Position numbers and translations under genes: made by a program. A DNA stretch of 64,000 nt from Mobula hypostoma (Eukaryota), in the NCBI RefSeq assembly GCF_963921235.1, contig NC_086118.1, positions 24,368,001 to 24,432,000 on the forward strand. Direction: 5' to 3'. Shown here piece by piece: positions 13,611-26,819 of this stretch (position 1 is its first letter; each line of letters opens with the position of its first letter). The notes below the pieces were generated by a model, which had not been told where the DNA came from, ran no database searches, and saw nothing but the letters and a program-made list of their open reading frames with translations.

Positions 13611-14128
13611 TGTCATGAGCCCTGCAGGCCTCTGTGACTTGCCATGGAACATTGGGCTTCTAGATTTCTTGTGCACCTGCATTTACAAATTGGTGTCTTA
13701 ACGGGAGACGTTAGGCCCTTGAACTTTCTGACTAATCTTGTCTAGCTTTTTGTGACTGACATGGGTTTCCTGCATTCTATGATTATTTAAAGCGGACTCC
13801 TGTTTAGCACTGTTCAAAGCGCTCTTTTGTGGAGAATGATTTATATTGAGGTGGCGCTCGGTCATGCGTCCAATGTTCTGTTGGTATTCCTATGTATAAC
13901 CTCTTGCTCCTTTTTCTGCATGCGAGTCTGCCGTTCCTCCACACCTGAGCTGAGTTGTTGCCAGTGCTCACCATAATGGAGCCTGCTGTTCCCCTTCATC
14001 TGGGTCCAGTCCTGCCAGCAACCATCATGACACCCAGGGTGCCAAAGTGTCTGAATCTGTACGGCCTTGCTGGAAGCTAATATAAACCTTGGTTAGCATA
14101 CTTCTGGGGGTGAAACTTCCTCATGACA
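13611..14128. mobile_element. Possible solo LTR or TIR element
   Basis: Termini TGTCATGAG / CTCATGACA; alternative end TCATGACA near 14032; no clean TSD. Confidence 0.35.
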
Positions 14129-17100
14129 CTTCCACTGACCTTTTCTGTCACTTTGCTGATGATTTAGAAAATTCTTATGGAGTACCATTTGATGAAATTG
14201 GACTTCTACCCTTTGTGGAGTGAATTACTTCTACTTGTTGCCTTAATGCCAGAGTGATAACTACATCAGAGTGGCTTACCTAGAGCTGCCAATATTCCTG
14301 GAATACAAGCATTCTAGATTATAACCGAGTTACCTCTGATAACATCTTTGTAATGACATCCATTGTCTCAGCAGCTTGACAAAGCAGGGCTCAGCAGGCC
14401 ACAGGGTTACACCTGGCTTTCCCACATTGCACAAGTTCTCAATCTAATCTAATCTAAAAGAGGAGGTGGCATTCCAAACTCTGCAATTAATTCATTTTGT
14501 GGTTGTGCTTGAAGGACAGGTAATAGCAGTTACTGACTCTTGCAGTGGAGCCTGGTAGCGTATGTCCTTTGCACTATTTCCTTACCAATGCACCACATGA
14601 TGCAAGACAGCCAAAGGGGAAACACTGTTATAAATTAAAACCTTATGCCATCCCAGAGAAATATAACATGTGTGTGATATACATTTCCTTACAGATCTTA
14701 ACAGCAAGACATTACTTACGCTTTTGACTGAGTATGGCAACTCGGTAAAGGTTTAGGCCAAATTCTGGAACCTCTGTGCATTTAACAAAACAGTTCAGTT
14801 TGTGCCATGGCCTGTTAACTGTGCACTGCCTTCCAAAGGTCAAATGTTTGGACATGCTGCTATACTAATTGGGATAAATGTTAGGCAGGATATTCCCTGG
14901 CCCATGACAAGAGGTGTTCAAGTAAACAGTCTCCCTGTTCCATTTCCTTTATAAAGAAAATAGTTTTCTCCAGCCTAGACTGAAGAGCCTCCGGGAACAC
15001 AGACTGGTTTGAACTAGAATTCATACTACCAACTGACTAACAGAATAATAAAAGCATTGAACAAATATCATGCGATGGTCTATACGTGGTGAGAAAACAA
15101 TGAATCTTGTGTTTATGTATACTGCCCATACGATATTTTTAATGCATGCATATCTGCAAAGTGTTTATACATCTATTTTTACCACCTACTACCCTCCCAC
15201 CTAAAACATAGACATCATACCAAGCTCCCACTTATGCCATGAAAGATTATTTAACTCTTCACTGGTTGATTTTGTAAAGGCAGTGACATCAAATAAAACA
15301 ATTCAGAGTTGAGTATTGGCAAAAGTGAAGAATGTTGAACTATGAGCTTAGTAAAAATGGACATCACTCACAATTTCATAGTAACCTTTTGCAACTATAA
15401 ATAAACTGATGATACAAACTAGGCAGGCAAAGTAAAGATATTGAATGTATGATAATTTGCTCATGTAAGCTGTATTCAGGAAAAAATAACACTGTACAAT
15501 ACCCCAGATCATGTCACTTTTCATGTTTTGACTGAGCGGTGGCTACTAATGATGTCAAATAAAACAGGATTCTTTTATATGGTTATGGAAGACAATTTGA
15601 AGGAACCGATTGCAACTTCTTGGAAATTATTGATTAGACATTGTAGTGTTATCCCAAAATATTCAATTTTAGAGTCTAAACATTCAGTCATTTCTGCAGT
15701 TGTTTATTACATACCACATTCTTATTAATTAAGACTACTTTCCTCTTCCGGAATTTGTGCAATTTAAAATAGGACAAAAGAGAATTCCCAGTTGATACAC
15801 ATCACCTGATTAAAATTAATACCGATTTGAGTCACATGCATAACTTTATGATTAGTTGTGGGTAGCTTGCCTCGTTTTGGCCAACAGTTGCTATGAAGGA
15901 TATCAAGATTGTTAGAGAAAGTGTGCAGAACAGACTATCACAAATTCAAGAAGGAGGGAACTATACAGAAAGACTGGTGAAGCTAGTTCTTGTATTAAAG
16001 GAAATTTATTTAAGGGATTTTGATAGAATAGGTAAGGGAAGAATTTTCCTTACTGACAATTGTCATAAAACAGATCTTGTTTGCTTCAATTGTTTGCATG
16101 ATTTGTATTTTTTTCTTTTACTTGTACATTGTGTTTGTCTTTTATTTTTATTATTTTTAATTAGGTTCTTTTGGGTTTCTTGTTTTGTGGCTAGCAAATC
16201 TCAAGGTTGTGTAATTTATACATTCTTTGTTAATAAGTGTATTTGAATCATGAAGATATTAAAAAAAAACTTCCAAATGAAACAGAAGATGAAGTGAAAT
16301 TACTACATCTGTGTGCTTCATGGGAATCTGCCTTGATGGATGGAAACCTAAAATGGCTTACTTTTTCAAGCCCTGAATTAATTAATTTGCTCCAGGGTAT
16401 TTTCTTTCAAAATTTCAATCAAATTTCCATGACACTGCCTTTCAGGATTAAAAGTAAATAGTCCTAATTTATTTTTTTTTTAATTCTGCAATTTTAAGGC
16501 CATTGTCTTGGAACTTAAATGATCTGTTTGAAATCCATGTCACTTTAAATCCATGATATTAATTGTTCTCTGATAATGTCCAGAATCATTATTTTCTACT
16601 TTCAATTTGAAGAAGAAAATTAATTGATAGGCTCTTCAATTGTGGAGAACGCCAGCTGTAACCCTGCATTTAATTTTAATCTACTAATGGACTACTGTTG
16701 TTGATCCACTTGTGTAGTATGAAGTTCATGGAAGGATATCATTAAAGCCAGTCATAATATTGATGTATCCTTGAGACTGAATAACATGGAAACTCAGTTC
16801 AGCATAGTCATGGAAAACTAATTGAACGATTTTGATGAATATCTTTAAAAATCCAACCATTTCCTTTACTAAGGTTGCAATTTAAAATTACTAAAGCCAT
16901 AAAAGAAAGCATTTAATTTTTTTTCCATTGATTAAGGTGCTTGTAAAATGAGGAACTGAGATTGTCAGTGTCTGCTTTTGAGTGTGAGAAATGCCCTGGT
17001 GGTTGTTACATTGACATAAATGGTTTCTGTTGTTGTTCCAAATTGGTGCAGCAAGTACAGAAGTAACTTCAAGGTTTAGGCTCAAGTCAGTTTCATCAGA

Positions 17101-17382
17101 CATGGTTGTTTTGGAGGTAATCACCTTGAAATACACCAAAACTTGAAGGAAGAGATGGCAGAGAAGGAAAAGCTACTTCTGTTTCACTGACATTTAAGAT
17201 GGCGCTACTGAAATCATGTGACAGCTTACTGATGGTTCGAAAGCAAAGAAGTTCAATTAAAAAAATATTACTGATAAGTTTTTTAAAGTACATTGTGATA
17301 AACTATCACCGCAAACAATGAAGAGGTGAGCGAGGGCAAAGCAAATTGGAGAGATGTGACGTGCTGGTGCACTGCAAAATTG

Positions 17383-18061
17383 CAGACATCCCACCTCTCC
17401 CGGAAGTTCCGGGAGTCTCCTGCAAATTAATTATGGCTCCCTGATGCCCGCAAATTATATACAATGTCCTGGAAATTGATTTTTTTAAGAGCGAACGTGA
17501 GAGAATGCGCGAGAGAGAGCGAGAGAGCGAGCGAGCGCAAGAGCAAGAACACAAGCGCGAGAGAGCGAGCGCGAGTGAGAGCAACCACGAGAGAGAGAGC
17601 GAGAAAGCAAGCACGAGAGAGAGTGAGAGCGAGAAAGCAAGCGTGAGAGAGCAAGCGCGCGTGCGATAGAGAGAGAGCGAGAGCAAGAGCAAGAGCGAGA
17701 GAGTTCCAAAAAAAATCAGAGTGGCAGAGTGTTCCAAAAGAAAATATAAAACGTACGTCATCCCAGACTACACTAAAGTGTACCCCTGCCCAATAGGGGT
17801 CAAAAATAATGACAGTGTTGCTCGCTGCACTGTTTGCAACAGTGACTTTTCTATTGCCCATGGTGGGTTAAGACTGTAAAAGACATGTTGAGGTGAGTTT
17901 AACAGGTGTCATTCGTTCATTAGCATAGCTAACGTTATTTAAACTAGCTGGCTAACTGCTAAGGAGCCACTCTATTGCAGACATTCCACCTCTCCTGGAA
18001 GTCTCCCGCAAATTGATGGTGCTACCTCCCTGAAATGGGTTTTTGCAGGGTGGGATGTCTG
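17383..18061 (+). mobile_element. hAT-like non-autonomous DNA transposon with zinc-finger remnant
   Basis: TIRs CAGACATCCCACC / GGTGGGATGTCTG; flanking AAATTG duplication; ARCTVCNSDFSIAHGG..DCKRHVE (frameshifted) followed by a GTGAGT donor. Confidence 0.8.
17488..17703. repeat. Imperfect (GA/GC)n microsatellite inside the hAT-like element
   Basis: gagagagcgagagagcgagcgagc... low-complexity tract. Confidence 0.95.
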
Positions 18062-18559
18062 AAATTGACACACTTGGAGCTGGAGCCATGCTGGTTGGAG
18101 TCAGTGACTTGGAGAGGAGAGGCCGAGGCAGGGAAGTTCTGGTGCCTATCCAACTAACCCGGGTGCGAGATTGGATTGCTCTAAGCTCTGAGCTGATTTG
18201 GAGAGGTTGAGAACGGCTTCTTTGGCAGCGAAATCTAGGCCCGAAGCGAATGGCTGGGTGTCATCTTTTCAGCCTAGAGCGTTTCACTGCAGCGGAGTCC
18301 AGGTCCTAATGTGAGGTACAATCCACCATTCAAACAATTTAAGCACCAGCTCAGATAGACTGGGGGCTCCTCTCTCCGTGACACTGAGGGTGTGAGACGG
18401 CCCGGGCTGCTAACTTTGTGATGATTTTCCCCGCTAGTATACTGAACTGCATACCGAGGCTTTGGGCCTACTCCGGACTGCTCCAGGGACTTGGATCTAA
18501 GGAGTCAATTTGCTTCTGAATACTGTTGTTTCTGCTCGCTTCTACTGTATCTTTACCCT

Positions 18560-19400
18560 ACTAACTTGAAACCCCGGATGAGAGACAATAGCAATAAAAG
18601 ATTTATTGAGGCTCCAGCTATAACATGCAGCAGCTTTAACAGGACAATATCAGCAGAGACCAGTGTCCAAAACGCCTACCGTGTAGTCGGGAATTAGTCT
18701 GTAAGATCATACCAAGGCATTTGGTCAAGTTTTGTACAGGTCTGTGAATTGACTTTCTGTGGAAGATAAAATATTTCATTGCAATGAACCAAGAAACAAG
18801 ATGGCCAGCCACCCAAGATGAAGAATCAGCGCAGGAACGAAATGGGTAATGACGCAGAGGGTTTAATATGGTTGGACATATAAGTTTATTTTCATTCAAA
18901 GAATCCGAATTTGATTTTCTGCAAGAAGTGATTATTTTTGCAAAGACTTTGATAACTTGCTGAATGAGATTTATTTTGTTTAAAAGTTGTGATGATGGAG
19001 AATTATTGTGAAAGGTGTTGAACTGTGCATATATAATTTTTGAATTTGAATTTAAACTTGTAGATATACTGCCGGGAATTGAAACTGAAGTTAACTATAA
19101 TACTTGAGAATAGGAATTATATTTGGTTTTCTAACTAACTAGGGATAAGTAAAAAGGAAAGTTTAATCTGTAAACTTTTAAATAGGGAATAACACTAGAT
19201 CTAATTAGTTAGGAAAATTGGAGTAACGAAGGTTATTTTAATGAATATCACTGATTCTAAATAAACAGGAATTTGTGTTTTATTGATATCTAAGATTTGG
19301 AACCTAAACAGAATGTCGGAATTTTGAATTGTTCTTGCTCATGTAAATATCTTGTACATATTTTTTTTCTTATTCTTATAAACAAAACCTTATCTCCAGA
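18560..19400 (+). mobile_element. Possible decayed L1/Tx1 ORF1-ORF2 junction remnant
   Basis: A-rich strand with fragmentary ORF1-like peptides (NAYRV..PRHLVKF) and many stops. Confidence 0.3.
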
Positions 19401-20334
19401 AGTGTTTGGTTTCTATACACTGACTCCTCCCGATACCTGGATTCTTCTGAGGGTCTACTAGCACTGAGCGTAATTTGATTTTCTCAAAGAGTGCAGTGAC
19501 TAGTCACACGCAGTAAGACCGGTGCTATACAGGTGTTACACATGCTCACAGTAGAAGTATTTTCCACATTTCCCAGTCAACAGCCAGAAGAGGCTGGCCT
19601 GCACAGAACTGAATGTAGTGCTGTTGCATTGCACTTTAATCCAATGCGTTTCAACATTACCTTCCTTATAGATCACCTTTCCTACATATCTAATGGAAGT
19701 ACAGGCAGTCCTCAAGTAACCAGTTGACCATAGGGTAAAGGTCTATTTTGTATAAATGCGTCACCACATTAATCCTGTCAGTTCATAGAAGTGTGTTGAA
19801 TCTATCTTTCTGTTATCCCAGTTACTGAGAAGGACACTCACCACATTGTTACACCTACGTCTGTTATTATTGGTACCACTTAAGGAAATGCAGCCAAAAA
19901 GAGAGTATTGCTTCGTCTCCCTGGCACGTTCTTGTTAATGGAGTAATCAGAGAGATTGGCCAACAGCGATGGTGCGATTTTCAGTACTGCATTAGTGTGG
20001 TATCCACTTCAAGTTGTTAGCCCAACCTCGTTGCAGTTGGGGGAAGGGCAGCCTCCTTCACCTGATTGCTAAAGCACAACGTCTGCACAGCATAACTGAA
20101 ATCTGTCGGAAAAGCAGGCATCATAGGAACAAAATATTCCTCATGCGGCCTGACCTTCCGTTTCTCCTCAAGTCATTTATTTTCTCAAATGTAACAAGTG
20201 GGATTCTATTTGCTGAGAGTTCATGCCAATTTCAGTGCTGAATGTAAAATTATTTCATTTAATGATCATGTAGCTCTTGAGAGCTGAAAAAAGCAAATAG
20301 CAAAAGTGTAATGGTTAGCAAGAGAATAATAGAT

Positions 20335-20750
20335 GGAAAATGTCTATAGAGATATGTTGGAGAACATTATGAGCAGTTGCTTCACAGCTTAGTATACAGG
20401 CTCCAATGCACAGAATGACACAGGGCTGCAGAGGGTTATAGACTCTGACAGCCCTATCATGGGCACAACTCTCCCCTCTATTGAGGATATCTCCAAGAAG
20501 TGCCTCCAGAAAGTAGCATCTATCACCAATACCTTCCCCATTTGAGACGTGCCTTCTTCTCATTACTACCATTGGAAAGGAAGTACAAGGGAAGCCCTAC
20601 ATTGAATGATTTAGGAACAGCTTCTTCTCGGCTCTCATCTGATTTCTGAATGGTCCATGAAACCGTAGCTTTGTTATTTCTTTTTCACCAGTTATTTACT
20701 TCATGCTGGACAGCTGCTGCAAGCCTGCACGTTTCATGACATATTTCATT
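20335..20750 (+). mobile_element. Rex1/Babar-like LINE 3' fragment (decayed)
   Basis: Similar to 37896-38312 (VE.IL...LQRV...FSLLP.G.R...RNSFF). Confidence 0.7.
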
Positions 20751-21017
20751 ACACGTTTCAACCACTGAAAATGTGTTGTGATGGCAACGTGGTGCATTCT
20801 AAAGGAGCAAAACTTACTCCAGTGTTTAGAATGCAATTGGTGAGGTAAAGTCCAGTGAGCAAAATATCAAGATGGACACCAGAACAATATTTTTGCTGCT
20901 TTGCTGTTGCATCCCATAAAGTCACAGTTCAGCTAAGGCAGGGAAATTACTTAGCTGAAGCAAGGCAGGTACGTAATGTAATAGACCCTTCATAAATTAA
21001 CTTCTCAGTGAGAGGAG

Positions 21018-21097
21018 ACTTATCACTCACCTAAGGGAAATTACACTTTGAGACTTTCAAATTACTTATCACTCACCTAAGGGAGATCACACTTTGA
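21018..21097. repeat. Tandem duplication, 34-bp unit, period 46
   Basis: acttatcactcacctaaggga(a/g)at(t/c)acactttga at 21018 and 21064. Confidence 0.9.
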
Positions 21098-21128
21098 ATG
21101 CAATGGACATTTACATCGAGGTGCTGCC

Positions 21129-21696
21129 TGTTATGGTTTGTAACTTCAAAACATAAAACTAATTGAAAGAAAAACACGGAGCCAGGAATTACAGTCTACT
21201 TTGTTCTTACTTTAGTGAGGTGCGCAGTTATGATGTAATGGCGTAATGATGTAGGTCATTCACATACTTTTACATATAACCAGTAATGAACTATGTAAGC
21301 AACAAAGAATGCTTAATCAAACAATATATTTGCAATATTACTCAAATATTTATATATAAGCATCCGTTAGTCTCATGAGACCATGGATTTGCGCCTTGGA
21401 AAGTTTCCAGGGCACAGGGCTGGGCAAGGTTGTATGGAAGACTGGCAGTTGCTCATGCTGCAAGCCTCCTCTCTCCACGCCACCAATGTTGTCCAAGGGA
21501 AGGGCATTAGGACCCATACAACTTGGCACCAGTGTCGTCGCAGAACAATGTGTGGTTAAGTGCCTTGCTCAAGGACACAACACACTGCCTCAGCCAAGGC
21601 TCGAACTAGCAACCTTCAGATCACTAGACGAACGCCTTAACCACTTGGCCATGTGCCAACGCACTCAAATATTACTGATATATTAAATACACAACA
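21129..21696. mobile_element. Solo LTR, interrupted by a SINE
   Basis: TGTT...AACA termini; 5-bp TSD CTGCC (21124-21128, 21697-21701). Confidence 0.85.
21351..21662 (-). mobile_element. tRNA-derived CORE-type SINE, full length
   Basis: A box TGGCCAAGTGG, B box GTTCGAGCC, CORE-like GTGTCCTTGAGCAAGGCACTTAACC, (TA)n tail; 11-bp TSD ACTCAAATATT (21340-21350, 21663-21673). Confidence 0.9.
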
Positions 21697-21707
21697 CTGC
21701 CCATTTT

Positions 21708-22850
21708 CATAGAAACATAGAAACATAGAAAATAGGTGCAGGAGTAGGCCATTCGGCCCTTCGAGCCTGCACCGCCATTTATTATGATCATGGCTGATCA
21801 TCCAACTCAGAACCCTGCACCAGCCTTCCCTCCATACCCCCTGACCCCCGTAGCCACAAGGGCCATATCTAACTCCCTCTTAAATATAGCCAATGAACTG
21901 GCCTCAACTGTTTCCTGTGACAGAGAATTCCACAGATTCACCACTCTCTGTGTGAAGAAGTTTTTCCTAATCTCGGTCCTAAAAGGCTTCCCCTTTATCC
22001 TCAAACTGTGACCCCTCGTTCTGGACTTCCCCAACATCGGGAACAATCTTCCTGCATCTAGCCTGTCCAATCCCTTTAGGAATTTATACATTTCAATCAG
22101 ATCCCCCCTCAATCTTCTAAATTCCAACGAGTACAAGCCCAGTTCATCCAGTCTTTCTTCATATGAAAGTCCTGCCATCCCAGGAATCAATCTGGTGAAC
22201 CTTCTTTGTACTCCCTCTATGGCAAGGATGTCTTTCCTCAGATTAGGGGACCAAAACTGCACACAATACTCCAGGTGTGGTCTCACCAAGGCCTTGTACA
22301 ACTGCTCCTGTACTCGAATCCTCTTGCTATAAATGCCAGCATACCATTCGCCTTTTTCACCGCCTGCTGTACCTGCATGCCCACTTTCAATGACTGGTGT
22401 ATAATGACACCCAGGTCTCGTTGCACCTCCCCTTTTCCTAATCGGTCCCCATTCAGATAATAACCTGTTTTCCTATTTTTGCCACCAAAGTGGATAACTT
22501 CACATTTATCTACATTAAATTGCATCTGCCATGAATTTGCCCACTCACCCAACCTATCCAAGTCACCCTGCATCCTCTTAGCATCGTCCTCACAGCTAAC
22601 ACTGCCGCCCAGCTTCGTGTCATCCGCGAACTTGGAGATGCTGCATTTAATTCCCTCATCCAAGTCACTAATATATATTGTAAACAACTGGGGTCCCAGC
22701 ACTGAGCCTTGCGGTACCCCACTAGTCACTGCCTGCCATTCTGAAAAGGTCCCGTTTATTCCCACTCTTTGCTTCCTGTCTGCTAACCAATTCTCCATCC
22801 ACATCAATACCTTACCCCCAATACCGTGTGCTTTAAGTTTGCACACTAAC
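21708..22850 (-). mobile_element. Young 5'-truncated CR1 LINE (RT domain to 3' end)
   Basis: ORFs 22283-22852 (SGVPQGSVLGP...KFADDTKL) and 21807-22301, split by a short deletion frameshift; (CATAGAAA)n tail. Confidence 0.95.
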
Positions 22851-23452
22851 ACTTTCAGTGTTGAATGAGGCTATTCTTAATCAACGGACAGTAATTATGT
22901 TTCTATGTGCAGTGACTATAAGGTCTAATATGAAACAGGTACTTAACTCTGCTTCTGAAACTTGGTTTCATTGAACTCCAAAAGCTTGCATAGCCACCTT
23001 GATCTGCATGGAACACTTTCGCCAAAGGGCTTGTTTCCATTCTGTAAGACTGAGTGGTTATAACTCTGTCGAAACGACTGCCTATGGTACTTTCTCCACC
23101 TTTTCCCAAACATTTGCTGTTGGTCCCAGAGTACTAAAAGATTCAATTTTGTCAGCGCATTCAGAAGGTAAAGATCTTCCAAGGTAGCCCAGGTTGTACC
23201 TTGTACTGAGACACATATTTTAACCTACAATTAATATCACGTATATCTTGGAAAGCTTGGGATCATTAAAGATCTGATTTTCATTTTAAAAAACCTGCTG
23301 TTCGCTTGCAAAAATACACAGGTGTTTCGTGTCAATGCATCATTGTGTAAAAGTTGCCAGTTGTTCAGACAAGCAAGCATCGAGAGTCTTTTTCAACACA
23401 ATGTCATTTTACATTATTGGAAATATATCAGGAGACATCAAGTGAGTGTAAA

Positions 23453-24197
23453 CACTGGACAACAAAGATTTTGCTTCCTGTATACTTTCAGGTGTATCTT
23501 AATGATTTTAGGCTGCTGATCATGAAAATCACCACAAAATTTCCCTATCACACACATTTTTTTGATATCACAGTTCAAGTCAGAATAACTGATGCCAAAT
23601 TGAACGGAAGCATTTTTGTTGGTCCACCAATCAAACAGATCATCAACGATGGGTAACTCAAAGAACTTCTAGAGAGACCTGAGAAAATCGCATGGAAGGC
23701 ATTCAAGGATGTTGTTTAAAATTTTCTTGGCAACTACAGAGCACTAAACTACATGTAGTTGGTTGACAACACGCTTCAAGCATGCAAAACCATGAAGTGC
23801 CACATGTCACTAAAGATTCATTTTCTGCATTCCCATTTAGATTTCTTTTCTGGCAATCTTGGCACTGTCAGTGACGAGCATGGAGAAACATTTCACCAGG
23901 ACGTTGCAGTCATGGAGAAACTGTATCAGGGCAACTGGAATCCGTCTATGCTGCATGATGGTTATTGGGTACAAATGAAAATCATCAACAAAACAATTTT
24001 AGCTTAGTTGCAAAGTGTCAGTGCTGTTATGCAATTAAACAAATTATATTCAATAAAAGTCAACTTCTTGTTTCTCCAAATTCCTACATGATACAAGTAG
24101 GCTGAAATTATATTTGTGCTCAGATTCAAGTGGTCTCTCATAAATAAAAACAAGTTTCTGAGGAAGCAACATTTTCAAAAAAATGTGTTGTCCAATG
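23453..24197 (+). mobile_element. Chapaev3-like DNA transposon, internal-deletion derivative
   Basis: TIRs CACTGGACAACA / TGTTGTCCAATG; transposase C-terminus IFVGP...SLKIHFLHSHLDFF.GNLG.VSDEHGE.FHQD..MEK.YQG with stops. Confidence 0.8.
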
Positions 24198-25449
24198 TAA
24201 TTGGGCAGATATCATGCCTGGGGCCTTATTTTGCTCAGTTGACTGTTGAGCAAAGGGGATATAGTTAGAGCAGCACCGGATACAGCAGGGATAATGGGAG
24301 GGCAACGTGCTATTCCCGCTGCCATCTTAGGACACTGCCCCAGCTTTGGATTTTTTCCAACAGGATCTTCACTACAACTTTTGTGAATTTCCGTTTCTTC
24401 CCTTGTTCCATGATTGCTGAAGAAGGTTGAAAAATGTATCTGTGTACTAATAAGCCTAGACAAACATACCCTTACAACACAACATACGTTTAGTACTTTC
24501 CCTCCTTGTCAAAGTAAGGTGCAAGTTTGTGACTGACCAGTGCCAAATAAACATAATTTGTTCTCACTAAAGCCAGTGGCCACTCTTACAGAAAATTTAC
24601 TTTAAAAACATGCATTTTGGACCAAAAAGATGTGACATTAAATTGTTTTTAAGTAAGGAACACTAATAACTATGGAGCTCTGAAGACATGAAGGGATTAT
24701 TCTACATAGATTATGAAAATATTGTGAACTGATATAAAAAATCAAATGAACACATGAACCCACTAGAAGCCTGGGATACAAAGCAGTCAAACTGAAGTTA
24801 TAGATGCACAGAACCCTTTTTAAAGTCATATCCAGAGAAATGTGAGTTGCTTTGGGCATCGCAATTTCGGAAAGATACATTGGCCTCGCTTGTTGTTCAG
24901 CACAAGTTTACATAAAAGATATCTGGACTGCAAGGATTCAGCTGCAAAAACAAATGACATAATTCAAAGTGGTATTTCTTGGAATTTAAATGTTCCAAGG
25001 GTGACTCGTTTAGAGTTTTTAAGAAATTAAAGGGAAATGACAGGGGAACATAGATAAACCTTTCACAGCAGCCAAGATTTAATTGAATTGTAGTGGTGGG
25101 GGGGGGCGCTAAATGACATTGTCTAGTTCCCATGCTGGCTTCTTACTGCTGCATCTATCTGTCATATAAATTCATTCATCAATTTTAATGAATTAAATGA
25201 CCAGCAAAATGATACATCATAGTGTCCTCATAATGCTGTGGAGGATGGTAAGGGAAATCATGTTTGCATGCTTCTCTATTCTAGCTTCCAAAAAAATAAA
25301 TAAAACAGAAAATATACATTTTCTTGTTCTGGTGCTGCATGTTACCTATTGTTAACCATGATGCATAGCATCTTCACTACAGCAAATTAATCATAAGAAA
25401 GGATGATTAATGATAAATCAAAGTTATTAACCAAACTTGAGATGCCTAT

Positions 25450-25847
25450 CTAAGCATCACTTGGCCATTGGCATGTACTGCATTTGCTGCAGAAAATGAC
25501 TTTATGACACTTGTTATTGTTTTCTAGGACGTGCTTCCCTCCCCCAAAGGGGATCGAGTAATTGTCTTCATCTGCAATTGGCTGCACGTGTCCTGTAGAT
25601 CTGTTTGCAGTCTCGCTACCTTGAGATGCATCGCTGCATTTGAGGACATGGCTTTCATCTGAATGTTGTCTGCTGGAATGCCGCCATTTGCATTCAGAAA
25701 TAAACTCCGATTGTGCTCGCTTTAGCTTGTCTTCTTCAATCAGCTGCTTCACTGTGTCAGACATATACGCAACATATGCAGGCCAGCCTTGAGGGCTGGT
25801 GATTAGGTTGACTGGTACCCCAATATTTCCTGGGCTCTTCTGTAATT
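25450..25847 (-). CDS. Candidate terminal coding exon of an unidentified gene
   Basis: Acceptor ttttaattccaactag; phase-1 start; open frame (E)LQKSPGNIGVPVNLITSPQGWPAYVAYMSDTVKQLIEEDK...WPSDA* in non-repeat DNA. Confidence 0.45.
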
Positions 25848-26819
25848 CTAGTTGGAATTAAAACAAATTTTAGTGCTAGTGACTTTATCACTGTTCAAAT
25901 ACCTTCCCTCTACGTTCTCTCACCATCAACTTGGCATTCATCATTGGCTAAAGCCTTAACTATCTATATAAAGCTGGTAAAGTATAGTGAGTGAGTTATC
26001 TCTTAACTCTCCAGAGCTTTTCTATCATCCATAAAGCTTACAGGAATATAATGAATACCGTCTACTTGTCTGAAACAGCTCAGCTCGACCGTTCAAGAAT
26101 ATCAAGCACTACTAAGGACCAGATGACTAGGTTGGAGCCTTACAACTCCATGGATGATCAGTGAATGGTAGCTGCAGTGAGTGCCACCCACAAGAGGGGA
26201 GAGTTCTTCAAAAACATCTTCCAAATTTGCAGCTTTTAATATCTAGAACTATACCAGCAGCAGGCACAGGGAAACACTACTGGCTTTTAGTTCCCATCCA
26301 AGACACACATAATCCTGGTTTGAAATATATCCTATTCTCTTATTGTTGCTAGGTCAAATTATTACTCTTTCCTGGGGATTGGTGGAACACAACACTTTAG
26401 AAGACAGCTCACCATGTCCTGCTCAAGGGAAATCAGCGCTGGCCATTGAAGGCTGACCATCTCTTCGATCCCCAGAACTGGAGGAAGCATACATTTACCA
26501 ATCACATGATTTTTATAGTTTTCTGGAACCATAAGAAGGAAAATGATCCACTTCACAGTCTAGCCGTTACATATTCTACATTCTTCTAGACTGCAACCCT
26601 ATATTATAAAGGATGAGTCCGGAGAATTAACCCTCAAAAAATGGGGATCCAAACTTTAAGGAAATGAAATTGGGCTTTTTACCTTTATTTTGCGGGGTGG
26701 GGGTTTGTGGTGGAATGCCTTCAAAATCACTTCAATTAAACCACAATTGAGAATGGGGCAATGTAAATATGCTGTTGTGTAGTGCCTTTAACACCAATAA
26801 CCAGCAATAGACGACTCCA

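Noticed and set aside
16891..17293. Minus-strand ORFs of 65-82 aa
   Set aside because: No consistent splice or phase support and no recognisable domain
17306..17861. ORFs of 144-151 aa rich in Leu/Ser/Ala or Arg/Glu
   Set aside because: Artefacts of the GA/GC microsatellite
21590..21662. tRNA-like A/B boxes
   Set aside because: SINE head with body, tail and TSD; not a tRNA gene
22903..23187. Overlapping short ORFs
   Set aside because: Partly a decayed CR1 tail (ggaaacaagccctttggc); no gene support
24212..24420. Minus-strand ORF with acceptor; alternative frame MEQGKKRKFTKVVVKILLEKI resembles a Harbinger Myb-like start
   Set aside because: Disrupted and too short to assign to a host exon or a transposon
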